Below the pieces are notes generated by a model that was given only the letters and a program-made list of their open reading frames with translations, did not search any database and was not told where the DNA came from. A stretch of DNA of 64,000 nt from NCBI GenBank assembly GCA_050273025.1, contig CP158635.1, forward strand, positions 32,550,001 through 32,614,000. Reading direction: 5' to 3'. Origin of the DNA: Cenococcum geophilum. Taxonomy: Eukaryota. The position numbers were made by a program, and so were the translations under genes. This document shows positions 10,601 through 23,900 of the stretch, piece after piece; position 1 is the first letter of the stretch; each line of letters opens with the position of its first letter.

Positions 10601-13435
10601 CATTCTTTAAATTTTCTAGTAGTTCCTAGGTAGTCTTAGTGTAGCCTATCTACTTAACCTTATACTATATTTTATTGTTAACGTCCTTATAACTAACGAT
10701 CTTTAAAACTTACTATTTGTCTTCTTCCTATCCTCTATACGTGTCTGCCTTATAAACTAGTAGCTTAACATTCCTATATACTGGCTCTAGCATTATAATA
10801 TACTATATAGGGTAGATCTTTATCTTAGCTAGTAGGTTTAACTTAAATATAACTAGTAAAATTCTTTACTTAATTTTAAAAGGTCCTAGTCTAACATAGT
10901 CTAACTTCTTACTTAGTTGTTAACTTTTGAAATTTTTATATAGTAGCCATACTTTATCTCCCTTCTTAAGATCTGGTCCCTTAGATCTCCTAGCATTATA
11001 GTATATTTTTATTCTCTTTTATACCCTTTTTACTAATTCTATAAGGTCTATATAAAGATTTATTAACGTCTTTATTCTTTCTTTAGCTATACTACTTATT
11101 TTCTTCACTTATTATAGTAACAACGATATTTTTAGCTTATATCCGTAATTTGCCTTAAATAGTAATATGCCTATTCCTTCTTAAGGTGTTACATTATATA
11201 TAAACTATATAACTAGTAATAATAATACCTAATTATTCTATATATAATTAATATAGTGTCTTAGATACTATTCTAGTGTCTAATTTAATCTTTCCATTTA
11301 ACCGTCTGTCTATAGGTAATATACGGTAAAAGTTACTACTTAAACTCCTTACTCCGCTAAGAATACTTTCTAGAATACTACTATAAATCTTAAATCTCTG
11401 TCTAATATAATCTTATTTAGTGCTCCGTGCCTTATAAACACTTTTTTAATATAGATTCTAGTAATATCTTCTGCTAATATTTCTTCTATATACGCTATAA
11501 AGTATTCCCACTTTATAAGCTTATCTACTATTACTAAGATTGCGTTATAATTTTATCCGGTAATAAAATCTTTTAATTTTAGTAACTTAATAATAAAGTC
11601 CCATAATATAACCTCCCATAGTCTCTCTGGTATTTTAATAGGTTATAGCCCTCCATATAGCTTATGCCTTATTAGTTTATTTCTTTAGTAATTTAAATAT
11701 TTCTTTATAACCTTTTACGCTAAGCCCTAGATTCCATTAATAATATACTCCTCTTAGAGTCTTAACACTAAGCCCGTAGCTCCGTTATATCCTTAAGTTA
11801 ATTCCCTATAGAATTTCTCTATAAATTGCTCTACTATGCTTCTTAGGATATACTTTACTTCTTAATTTTTATATATATCCGTCTGTAGATCTTCTAGCTA
11901 TGCCTCTAGAATTCTTTATATCTAAAAGCTTTCTGGTAACTTATAAACTCTATCTAGTTCTTCTTAAATTGCTATAATTTTCGGGTAATTATATCTAATT
12001 AATCCGTCTACATCTTTTCGCAGTAAAGCCCCTAATGGCTTTTTATTATTCTATAGTTTAGCTTTTTAACTTAGAGTATCTGCTCGTGTATTATCTATAC
12101 CCTTAGTATACTAAATCTTAAAATAGTATTCTATAAGCATCTTTACCTATCTAACTTATTTCTAGTTAAGTTCCTTTATTATTAGGAATCCCGTTAGGTT
12201 CTTATAATCTATTTTAACTATAAATAGTTTCTTTATGCCTTATAAGAATGCTCTCTATTTTTTTAATACTATAACTATACCTAATAACTCCTTGTTATAG
12301 ATGTTGTAGTTTAACTCTAGTAGTATTATCTTTTAACTATAATACGCCACTAGGTGCTATCTATCTTAATATTTCTATATAAAGTATACCCCTAGTATAA
12401 AGTCTAATATATTTATCTCTATAACCGTTTTTAGTCCTAGTTAATAGATCTTAAGAACTGGCTCCTAGGTAAATAACCTCTTAACTTCTTTAAATAATTC
12501 CTACTATTCCTTTCCCTATACCTATAGTTCTTCTTTCTTTATTAATCGCGTAAATAGTTTAATATCTTTTAACTACTACGCTATAAACCTTCTATAGTAA
12601 TTGCAAACCCCTAAAAACAATCTTAATTACGTAACGTTCTCTAGTTCTTACTAATTTACTATAGCCTTAATCTTTTTTAGATCTATATTAAGTTGGCCTA
12701 GTTTAATAATAAATTTAACGAAATCGGTCTTCCTAGTAAAGAACTCGTATTTCTTAATTGCTACTAGTATCTGTTTCTCTTATAGTCTCCTTAAAACCTA
12801 TTTAACGTATTCTTTGTATTCTTTCTTAGTTATTAAGTAGATAATAATATCGTTAAGATATACCATAATAAATTTATTTAAGTATTCTCCTAATATATTG
12901 TTAATACGCTTCTAGAACGTTACTAGTATATTTATAAGCCTAAATTGTATAACTAATGGTTTATACAGTCCTTCCTTTAATTTAAAGGCTGCCTTTTATT
13001 TATCGCCTTCCTTAATTCTAATCTAATAGTATACCTATCTTAGATCTATCTTCGTGAAGATTTACGCGTTGCCTATCCTATTTTAGATTTTGCTAATTAA
13101 GGGTAAAGGATACCTATCCTTCCTAGCAATGCTGTTTAACTGTCTATAGTTAATATACAGCCTTAGTTTACTATTCTTCTTTAGTATAAATAGTACTGGA
13201 TAACCCGCTAATAACTACGATGGTCTAATATATCCCTTTTATAGGTTTTCCTAGATAAACTCTTTTAATGCTCTACCTTCTTCTTTAGTAAGCTTATAGA
13301 TTAGAAAGAACCTTAGGCTTATTCCTAGTTCTAATTCTATCTTATAGTCCCATACTATATATTTTAATAGCTTCTTACTTTCTAGTGACTATAGTTTCTT
13401 GCTATACTTATAGTATCTTTTTAGTACATAACTTA

Positions 13436-13628
13436 TATGACGGCTCAAACCATCAAACAAATGTCTCGACAGAGACTTAAACAAATACTTGCAAGATCAA
13501 GCGAACGAATGCTGTATTACGAAGATATTAAGCTAAGGAGCAAGAGAAGGTGGTGAGGCGACGTCTATATACACATGCCAAGTCTTACGCAAACCCCTGA
13601 CTAGGTGACGCGCTCCAGCGCCGTCACA
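13436..13628. mobile_element. Solo LTR inserted in the Gypsy pol region
   Basis: Termini tatgacgg (RIP of tgtgacgg)...ccgtcaca; 5-bp TSD actta at 13431-13435 and 13629-13633. Confidence 0.9.
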
Positions 13629-16600
13629 ACTTAAGCCTTACTTAGTCTCTTTGTACGTCGCTCTAACTTAGTACTATACTAACTTAGTTTATTATCGCAT
13701 CTTACGGCGTTAAGTATCTTTAATATCGACCTAACTTATAATCTAATTAATCCTTAAATTGTATTCCTATAACTAAGGTATTCCTAGCACTACCTTATTG
13801 TTTCCTAATAGTAATATATTAAAAGACATCTCGATTTATCTTCCTTTAATGGTTATCTAAATCGGTCCTATTTTAAGATTAATAATACCTCCTCCGTAGG
13901 CTATTAGATCTCCTAAAATTATAACTAATAGGTAAGGACATTCCTTTTTCTTATATAGTAACCCCATTCTTTTAACTACTATTAATGAGATATAATTTCT
14001 TATTACTCCACTATCTATTAATGCTTCGAACTACTGATCTTACTATTTAACTTATAAATTTAGGTGTTATCCTTAAATTCCCTTAAGGGTCTAAGGCTCT
14101 ACTACTAGTTCCCTCTAGTTCTGTAGGCCTCCACTTTTCCTAACTATTAGCTGCTTAATCCTATTTATACTTAGTCTACTTTTAGCTAATACTTAGTTCG
14201 CTTTTTGTCTTTAATATACTATAGATACGTATTCTCTAGGTATTCCCACCACTATTATCTATCTAGGCACTCTTCTATAAGGAATCTTCCTGGCTAAAGT
14301 ATTAAGTCCCCTTAGCTTTATACTTCTATTAGGTGCTAACTATATATATACTTAGTATTTCGATATTTCGCCTTATCTAATAACTAGTATATCCTCGCTA
14401 GGTACTTCCGGTTTTTATCTTTAGGTGCTCTATACATATTATATGTATTATCCACGCACGTAATCTATACCAATGTGTAATATACTTAGTGTTTTAGGTT
14501 AACTCTTAGCTTATCTTTGTCCTTAAGTTTAAACCTTTCTTATATTAATCTAAGCGTTACAACTTCATTTATAGGTACTATAATTTGCCTCTTACTTCTC
14601 TAGTCCTCTAATTACTCCTCTAGATCTTTTAATATTATAATTAAGGCTCCTTTAATATAACTTATAGCCTTTTCTGTAATTAGGTGGTTTTAGATAACTT
14701 TCTTATCTAACTATATATAGAAATCTTCCCACTTATTATTATGTCGTTGCCTATACTACTTTTAGTATAGCTACTAGAGTGTATACGGCTTATCCATAAG
14801 GAAGTATCTTTTTATTACTATATTATAATAGCCCTTTATATATTATTTCTTAAACCTAGTTAGAATCCCTAGATCCTCTTCTTACTCTAATTTAGTAAGC
14901 TATTTAGCTTTTAGTATGCCTACTCTAGGCCTATTAGTAATTCTTTATATAGGTACTCTATCCCTTATATATCCTAGTATGCTAAATCTCTTATCTAGTT
15001 TCTATTCTTACTATAAGGTAATTCTCGCTCTAAATTCCTCTATGGTTTCTTTCCTTTCGCGTCTTATAAGTAGATCCTTAAAGTCACTTTACTTCCTAAT
15101 CTTAGTATTAACATTTTAATCTTTAGGCCGAACACTGTATTCCCCTAATAAGTCTTCTAAGTCTATATATCTGTCTCCCAGTCTAACTGCTATTTATATT
15201 GCAGATTCTCTAATCTATAAAGAAGCCTCTTACCTCTTATTTACGAGTGCCCTTATTCATACTCCAAATTTTTAGTCCCTTAGATTCTTTAATCCTAAGC
15301 TTACTCCTAACTTAAGCTTTACTCCTGCCTTAGTCTAACTAAGCTTAGGTATTCTTATCTTGTCTTAAGAGTCTTATACCTATAGGAAACTCTATCCCGA
15401 GCTTATTTATATATCTTTAAACTAAGCTACTGCTCTACTCTATTGGTTATTATCTGTTATAGGTCCTTAAGCTTGCCTTATCTCGTCTTAAGAGTTTTAG
15501 TTACCTCGCATCTTATCTTAAGAATCTTAAGTCTTTAGCCTTTTGCCTTTATTAAGTGCTAAAGTGGCTTACTATCCTACTTCTCTTACGTCTTATAAAG
15601 CGATAGACATTGTATCTAGTGGGGTCTTAATCCCTACTAATGTTCCCTACTCTATAGTGGAATTATCCTCTACTTCTTATATAATATCTTTAATGGCTAT
15701 ATATTCCTAGTAAACCGCTTCTATTACCTTATTATTACAAAATGTTTTACCTTTATTAAATTTATTGTCCTTAATATCTAATCTATGAACTGGTTTGTTG
15801 GTTCCTCTATATTCTAAGGATTTTAGCTCCTATAGCCAATAGCTTATGCTATACTTAGCGTCTTTATAAATTTGGCATGCGTTATTATAACAAAACGCAA
15901 AACTTCTAATTAAACACTCTTTTATTCCTTATAGTATACTATTATCCCTCTATATATATATGTCTTCTACTATTAGTCTAGTTCCCTTTATTATATAATA
16001 TCTCTAACTATCTTTATAATCCCTTATAAAGTAACCTTATTTTCCGCAATTTATATAAGCTCTATCTTTAAACTATTAACTTTACTATAAAGTCCGCCTA
16101 AACGTCTTTTACTACTAAGATCCCTAGTTTAGCCTCTACTCCTTAGTCCTATAATTACTAGATCCTTAACCTCTAGGTTTTTATAGTTTCTTACTCCATC
16201 TCTTATAGGCTTCTTTAGTATTACTTAGGTCTATTAGCTCTGCGCCATTCTATAGTTTCTAACTTAGTTTCGGTTGTTGCGTACTTTACGTCTTATATAA
16301 CTATAAAACTCTATCCTAGCCTCTTTTAGCCTAGTCCCTTTAGTAGATCCAATTATTAATCTTAATCGCTTAATCTATTAATTCCCTTAGGGTGTCCACA
16401 TCTTCTATTAGAATAATTACGTCCTAGACTTTAGCCTTAAGTCCCTGCTTATACTATGCCATAAGCGCCCTATTATTCCACTTAACTTATATAGCTAGCG
16501 TCTAAAACTGTGTTATATACTTAATTGCTAAGGTTTATTACGTAATATCTTAGAGTTTTCTTTCTACCGTGGTTACTGCCTCTAGGTCTCTAAATATTTA

Positions 16601-17639
16601 TATAAGTCTCTCTATAAACCCTTCCTAGCTTAAGAATATAAACCGCACCTCTTAATTGGTGGTTATTATTCCATTTGCCTATATTTCTATAAGGTAAGAC
16701 TTAAACCACTTAAGTGCTTTCCCTAATAGGAATAGTCCCGTATAGGCTATTTGATCTATAGGTGTTAGTAGCTTTACCCCTTCTTATATAACTTTAAAGT
16801 ATATTTAGGTAAGAAACCCCTTAAGCTTTAATCTTTCTCCTAAGTACCTCTTAATTAATAGTAACTTAATCTTTACTACTCTAATCCCATTAACCCTTTC
16901 TTCTAATGCTGCATTGTTTATTATTAACTAGTTAACTATCTCTTATAGTTATCCAACCGTTATAGGTTGCTGCGAGTTAGTATCTGCTATACTAGTGTCG
17001 CCTAACCTTAAAGTAGTTGCCGCCGTCAATAGCGTTATAGTAGCTGCTTTTGGTGGCATATTATTTGACTTTTTATACTTAATACTATAACTAGGTAGTA
17101 ATTATATAACGGAACCTTATAGCAAGAACTACGATAGGCTCGTTATTAGGCTAGGTATATAGGTGATATAAGTTAAAGTTAATAAAGTAATATTAACTGG
17201 TGGAGTGGTTGCCTAACAGATTAACTCTAATTATATTCTAAGAATTACTATAAGGAAGGAACTATCTAGGTAGGGACTAAGGGTCCTTAAATATACAACC
17301 GTACTCCTATAAAATCCTTCTTATATATAATATACGCTTTATATATAAGGTACGTAAGTTCCTCTTATTCCTCTCGTCTAATACGTAGCATATTATGTGA
17401 CCTTAGCTACCCTTCCTCGTTATATAGTTCTATTGGTTCCATCCTAGACTGTGCCTAAATTAACTAACTAGCTTCTTCCGACTCCTTTCTAAGTAGTTAT
17501 AACATCGTACTTAAAGCGTCCGTGACACTATTAGGCACTTACTCTACTAGTTAGATCTTATTATTATTATTGACCTATATACTTAGCCTATTAATAAGTC
17601 TACCGTAGTATCTACTATAAGACTTTATTATAATTATCC

Positions 17640-18480
17640 AATTCTTATATACTCCTAAGTCCACTTAGCTCGGGTTCTTATAGCTAATAGCTTACGCTAT
17701 ACTTAGCGTCTTTATAAATTTAATAGGTATTATTATAATAGAAAGTAAAGTACTTAATCGAATACTTTCTTATTCCTTATAGTATACTTACGTTTTCTTA
17801 TATACTACTATTTTTTACTATATTAATGCCCTTTACTATATAGTTACTGTCAACTTATAAAATACGCCCTATTTGGCTTCGCTAATAGGACCGGTCTTTT
17901 TGAGCCAATAGGGCGTTCAACAGTTACTCTAACCCCCTCTATAGTCTTTATAACGGCACTTTTACGCATTACCTAGCTATAGTGCCTAATTAGGGGTCGG
18001 CTAAGGGCTTAGCTCTATGTATATAGACGCGTCCTTTCTTCCACCTTCTGCCCCTTATCTTGATATCTGAGTCCATAGACTACCAATTGTATAGGTGTGC
18101 ACGCGTTATATTACCGTGCCAGAGTCTCGATTAACTGAGTCGCCGTGACAGTCTTTAGCGTAATATCCTTATTTACCGTAATTTATATAAGCTCCTTCTT
18201 TAAACCACTTATCTTGCTATAAAGTTCGCCTAAACATCTTCTATTATTAAGATCCCTAGTTTGGCCTATACTCCTTAGTCCTTTAATTATTTAATCCTTA
18301 ACCTTTAGGTTTTTATAATTTTCTTCTTAACCCTCGCGTTCCGCTAAGGTCTATTAGCTCTACGCTATACTATAGTTTAGATACCTACTAATATATCTTC
18401 TTTATATACGTCGGTCCCTATTATCCTTTACTTAATTTTTTACTTTAGTAGAGCTAGTTATCTATCTAATAGCCTATTCG
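17640..18480 (-). mobile_element. Gypsy gag fragment related to the 9418-17527 element
   Basis: Similarity to 15830-16260 (e.g. gctatacttagcgtctttataaattt; zinc-knuckle region ~18165-18190); boundaries approximate. Confidence 0.75.
17949..18150 (+). mobile_element. Solo LTR
   Basis: tataacggcact...cgccgtgaca; 5-bp TSD gtctt at 17944-17948 and 18151-18155. Confidence 0.9.
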
Positions 18481-18499
18481 ATTAATTCTTTTATATCAT

Positions 18500-18611
18500 A
18501 TTCTATACGTTTATCAATTTAATTCAACCCGCCTAAACACTTGATTTAATTTGAATTAGCTTGGCAGAGGACCTCGATTTGAATTGATGAGAAAGTTTGC
18601 TGGCACCCCTG
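18500..18611. mobile_element. Probable single end of a hAT-like DNA transposon
   Basis: Ends ...tggcacccctg (CAGGGGTGCC on minus) with repeated ttgaatt subterminal motifs; no partner end or TSD found. Confidence 0.45.
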
Positions 18612-18624
18612 TCTCTGATCCATC

Positions 18625-19720
18625 CTATATATCAATCGGATCTATCGAGTTGACCCCTCTGACAATTCCGTAACTACTCCCCGCCGCAAGCACCCCCACG
18701 CAAAGTGTCTGGACTGCACTCCCAAGTGCGCTCAGATACCCCGTACCAGTGACTCGCGCCTTCACATACCCGAATGCTACTAGGATGATGATGGTAATGC
18801 CGATGGAGGTGAAGAGGGCGTCATTAACATTATTCATCGCGAAGTAAGGGATCATGGGGATTAGACCACCAAGGAAGTAGGACAGGCCCATTACGAGGGC
18901 TGAGATCCAGGCGCGTGAGACATTGGGACGCTCTAGGTGGAGCTCAAAATCCATCATGAACTGGAAGGAGTCGTCAGGTTTATTTTCTTTGGCAAGTCCG
19001 GTCTTGCCGAAGGATGCGTGTCAAGGTGTCACGTTACGTTATGCCACTATTGGATGGGAGCCAGGGGAATAAAGGAAAATATGCTTCGATAAAGAACAAG
19101 TGGCGGTATGTTTGAGAGTGATGGAGATGGGGATGGAAATTGAAAACGAAACAACATACCTTCACCCACATCTCTTTGTCAGCTTTTAAGGATTCAACAA
19201 CGGGGAGGATTGTAGCACGGCTCATATTGTATGCAGCAAATATCTCGTAGATCTCGTCCTCTTCTGCTTCTGGTTCTTCTTCAACTTCGCGGGTCTCTCG
19301 TGCTTCTTCGACTTCATAGTGCTTGCGTTCCGTTACAGCTGCTAGATAGCCACCAAGACCCATAGAGATAGCGCCGGCGAAGAGCTCGGCGAGACCGCCG
19401 ACGATGACAAGGCGGGATGAGCCAATGCTAAGGGGATCATAAGCTAGAGTACCAATGAACTTGACATATTTGGCCAGAGGAGATATATTCAGAGATAAAT
19501 TAGAAGGAACCAACCTTGATAGCCCAGCAGTCAGTGCAAATGGCACTGTCAACCCATCTGCAAAGCCGATGATGGTGTCGCGGACTACTGGTCCGTGCTT
19601 GGCATGCTTCTCAGCATGCGGATACGCGTGAAAGGTCATTGTTTTGCGTTCAGATGCATCGCTGGTGGGTAGGGTATTCGAGCGGGCGATCTCGTTACCA
19701 TCTTTCGAATTAGAAGACAT
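18625..19720 (-). CDS. CCC1: Vacuolar iron transporter, CCC1/VIT1 family
   Basis: VRDTIIGFADGLTVPFALTAGLS, GGLAELFAGAISMGLGGYLA, MMDFEL; introns 19428-19515 and 18961-19159. Confidence 0.95.
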
Positions 19721-20910
19721 TTCGGGCTTAGCGGGACGAAAAGGATAACTGAAACAAGAAGAATTTCTAGGATATTAAAGGAAGATGGCGGCTTCAGCGG
19801 ACGATGATTACTCTCAGTACTTTATAATTGAGATGGACTTGTGGCTTTGTTGCCAAGCTTTCTACTGGTAAGAGCAGTACCGTCCTTCTTCCAGTGCTCC
19901 GGAGCCTATGCGTCGTAGATAGAAGGCTTTGGTGGCGCGAACGGCGAGATTCGTCAGCTCCGTCTGGTTTCCGTTGTTTTGCGAGCTCTTCTAACTATGG
20001 GCAGTGTTTGCTTCCAGTAGGTTGCATAAAGGTAAAACTCTCCGGCTAGATATGTAGAAGGAGCTGGCGAGTTAAAACAAGTATTTGGTAGTTGAAGTCA
20101 TTAAAAGGAGTCAAAATGACACTGTGGTATTTTATAACACGACGCATTGCGCAGTATTCGATGTCAGATTCCTCGTTCGTTGGATATCTGATCAAATATT
20201 GACCAATGGGAGCCAATGCATTTCAAAGCAAGCTTGGCAACGTCTTTTGCATCGTGAAAGCCGTGGGCTGGAATCATGCCATCAGATATGTGCAGTTTCT
20301 CTGCGTTTCAAACAGTCGCCTCGCAGGCCGTAACGAATGAGCAGGCATTATGTGTGAATTGACGCATAATAGCTTGCAGATCATCAAATACGCGTACTTG
20401 GATATTCGGGTTCTGGCTCTGGGTAGGACAAGATGGAAGTGCGACTGTCAATGGCCCGAATATCCCAATGGACACGGGTTAACGAGCCTTATGTTTAGGT
20501 ATGAAAAGAATAGCAATGCGCTTTGTTGGCTGGGTTGGAGGAGGATTGTAGGGCTAAACATCAAGTCAAGGCCGGAGTCTTTCCGTTTCATTATCGGCTC
20601 TTGGCATGACCCCCATCGCGTCTTGGCAACGATATCCTATACAAAGGCTGGGGCCCACCATCATCAGTTGGATTAGTGCTTGAGAGTGAGTGTATTGCTC
20701 AAGGGGACTTAAGAGTTCTTTGATTCGCTTGGCACAACATCATAATTAGGTATCTTACCTGAGCATCCTGATGAATAGGTTGTATATATGAATATATTAC
20801 TCCATACTCTATGAGCACAGCTACACAGACGCCCTGGGGGTCTTTCTACTCGGAAGAGCGCATTTTTGGCTCATTTACACGACAGCCGATACCACAATGT
20901 CTGAACCCAC

Positions 20911-23900
20911 TCAAGAGGCGCGACGGGCACGGTTAAAAGGCCACAACAATACATCTATAACATTCGCTGGAGGTCCCAACGTGCCGTTGGTCCCAAACGC
21001 TCCTAGGCGTCCTTCAACGCTCTTCAATCTGACGTATCCACTCATAAATTCTTTGAAAGGAGTATTGTTCTGCTCGTGCCATTTAATCTCGTTCTTCTCC
21101 TCCATTGCATTAGCTCCAGGAGGCGAATCTTCAACCGCACATGGACGATTGAGGGACTGGGATGACGGCTTACTTCGTAAATGATCCCCTGAAGGGAGAG
21201 AGCGCCTGGTACGATTTGAACTCGGTATTGATGAGCTGGGTGGAGGCTGTGCCCATGGTAAAGAGCGTCGAGAACGCTTTGGACTTCTTACTGTGGCCGG
21301 AAAGTTCGGCTGTCGTCTCGCAGGAATGGAAGAGGAGGGCGTTGGGTGTAAAACTGCTGGTGAGGCTGAATATTGGTCCAAAGCGCTTTTCAATATCCCA
21401 GGTTCCATAATGCGCTTTGTGTAGGCCGGCTCATCAATTTGGTCATGGTAGAACTTGATATAAGGAACCGGATCATTCCCTTCTTCGCTACATCTGACAA
21501 TGTATTTACCATAACTAGTCTTGTGCCTAATTATGAAGTCATCCCATAGAGACTTGTGCTCCATCTTTTCAGCCTTTTGCAGATTGTCGATCATACGACA
21601 TAGCCCCACAAAGTGTTTCTCGTCACCAGTGTAATCTGGATAGGCTTCAGTAAATTTTGAGTAGAGGGCGTTAATTCCTAAAGATTTTGAGGACTGCTTA
21701 AGCGTGGCTGAAATCTGGGTATTTGGTTGAAGTGACGGAAATGTCGATCCGGAGGGTGGCTGTGTATCCTTTAACTTAGAGATGCGATCTTCACGCGATA
21801 TTCGTTCCTGGCCAGGTGACCAATGATCGCGTGCCGTGGAGGGAATCTTAGGGGACGCCTTTGCCATTGTGGCTCTCCATCCTTCAACGACTTCATGTTC
21901 CCCAGGTGAGCTGTGCAAACCAGAAACACGCTGAATTGGTCTTTTCTGATTTGAAAAGCTCCGGTGCCTGGACTGAGGTGACCCAGATTCCGCCTCACCA
22001 TCTTGAGCAGAACGGTGCAGATATAATTCAGGAGTCTTGTCGATTGTATGATGTGACTTGGTATTTTCATTTGCGGGGATAGTTTCCCTCATCTTAGCTG
22101 ACAGTGATATCTCTGACTGACCCTCGCTTCTGTCCAAGTTCATGAAAAATTCCCGTCGACTCTCTCTGGCTCGTGTTGCCACATCTTGGGATGAATGTTC
22201 TTCTTGACTAAAACCGTAATCTGTCTTAAGCTTTTTTGGTTGCCTTGGTATCTCAGCTGATGGATTCTCAGCTCTACGTTTAGACAAACGGGCCTTTGTT
22301 TGGTTCACAATGTGAGGTATCAGCTTCGAAGAATGACTGCGTTCAAGACGATTAGTGGGTGAACTTTCGGGAAGTACAGTAAAAGCATTCTGGGCTGCGA
22401 CTGAACGATCCGAGGATATTTTGAAGAGTGGGGAGGGCTGACGCTGAGGTGCAGCTTTCACCTCTTCTTGAATCTGCTGGTCTACCACGGCTTCCTCGCC
22501 CTCTAGTAATGGATTTGCTTCCTTCCGACTATCTATAGCGCTACTGTTGTACTCTCTTGTGGGAGATGGTTTCTGAATATCCTTGCATGAACTGGGAATT
22601 ACTGAAGTGGAAGACGTCGTATCTTTCGAACAACTAGTTAGGTTTGGCCGGCCGGGTGACCGTGGTGAATAAAGCCTCCCGTGATCCATGCGAATTTTGG
22701 TACGGCCAAGAGAGTAAGGCGTTTCTTTAACCTGTACCTTAGGGATTCGCCGGGTAATGCCAGATTGTGGTTGAAGAGATTTATTCCTGCTTTGAAGGGG
22801 AGAGGCAGACGCACTTCCAATGCCTCTAATTTGATCAAGAGCTCGTGGTACAGACATCTCTATATCTTCTTCTTCTTCTTCCGAACTACCGATCTCTACC
22901 ATCACAACGCCCTTGCCCGCTGTCGGCGGAGAAGAATGGAGCGATATTGGACTTGAATGTGGAGGTGTGTTAGCTGGAAGATCTGGCATATCGAAATTCT
23001 CCGACTTTCTAGTGCCCTCTTGGACCAAGTAATCCAAATTGATTGAATCTCCCGGATATAGGCCATCACCATGGGGTCTCGATTTCATTTTTCTTGCAGT
23101 ATTTCCACGAGGGGTTGTCGACAACGTCCTGGAAACCGATTTTACTTGGCTTCTTGAGCTTGGAGATGTAGGGGGGGCTTCAACACCCTTAGGCGTTGTG
23201 ACTGCAAAAGCACCTTCGTTATTAAAACTACTGTCTGGGGGTAGAATCATGTCATTACGGTGCGGGGGCCCCAGAGAGGGGGACCGCGACCACGACACAG
23301 CTGAAGACGGCGAGGTTTCTGGTTCAGAAGTATCTTGAGCTTGCATATTGACGTCGGATTTTGGCATAGGTTTGAACCTCGTGGGGATGTCACTATCGGA
23401 GTTGGAATCTTGGTTTTTATCAAGACGTATGGATTCGGATGAGCTCTTTTGAGATTCAGGGGTTTCACCATTTTGTTCACTGTCATTCGTAGTACCCGAG
23501 TATTCATGGCTTGCCTGTCTTTCCGCCAAACTATTTAAGCAGCTTAGGACTTTGATGGGTATATTTGCTCCTGGGAAGGACATGCCCGGCTGAGATGGAA
23601 GCCATGCTGAAAAACATCAGAAATTGTATCTTTTGCGAGGATATAAATACTCACCTTCGGGTCGGCAAAGAATTGCCTGCTGCTCTGAGGATATATCGCA
23701 CATGTGACGTGTGATTGGATTGATCTATTATCGTTAGTGCTGCAGAAGGGGCTAGGGGGGTTCAAGAGGTTGAGACTGACCATCCAAGAACACCCCAGGG
23801 GTTTAATTTCAACATCAGGAACCTTGCGCATTGGCTCCTTCGATCGCGCGCGTCGCGGACTCGAGTCCGTAATATCGGTTATTGCATTGGATATATGAGA

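Larger units (their letters stand above)
9418..17527 (-). mobile_element. Full-length Ty3/Gypsy chromovirus, RIP-degenerate
   Basis: 423-bp LTRs 9418-9840 and 17105-17527; 5-bp TSD ctatt (9413-9417, 17528-17532); PPT at ~9841-9860 on minus; minus-strand gag/zinc knuckle (~16050), protease ALIDSG (~14015), RT (~12850-13200), RNase H, integrase, chromodomain (~10600-10750). Confidence 0.95.

Noticed and set aside
14916..15119. Short hydrophobic ORFs in AT-rich blocks (also 47633-47827)
   Set aside because: Chance frames in RIP-mutated TE sequence
20203..20222. CCAAT-N12-ATT upstream of CCC1 as a CBC/HapX site
   Set aside because: Matches only the short degenerate core; cannot be supported without conservation data
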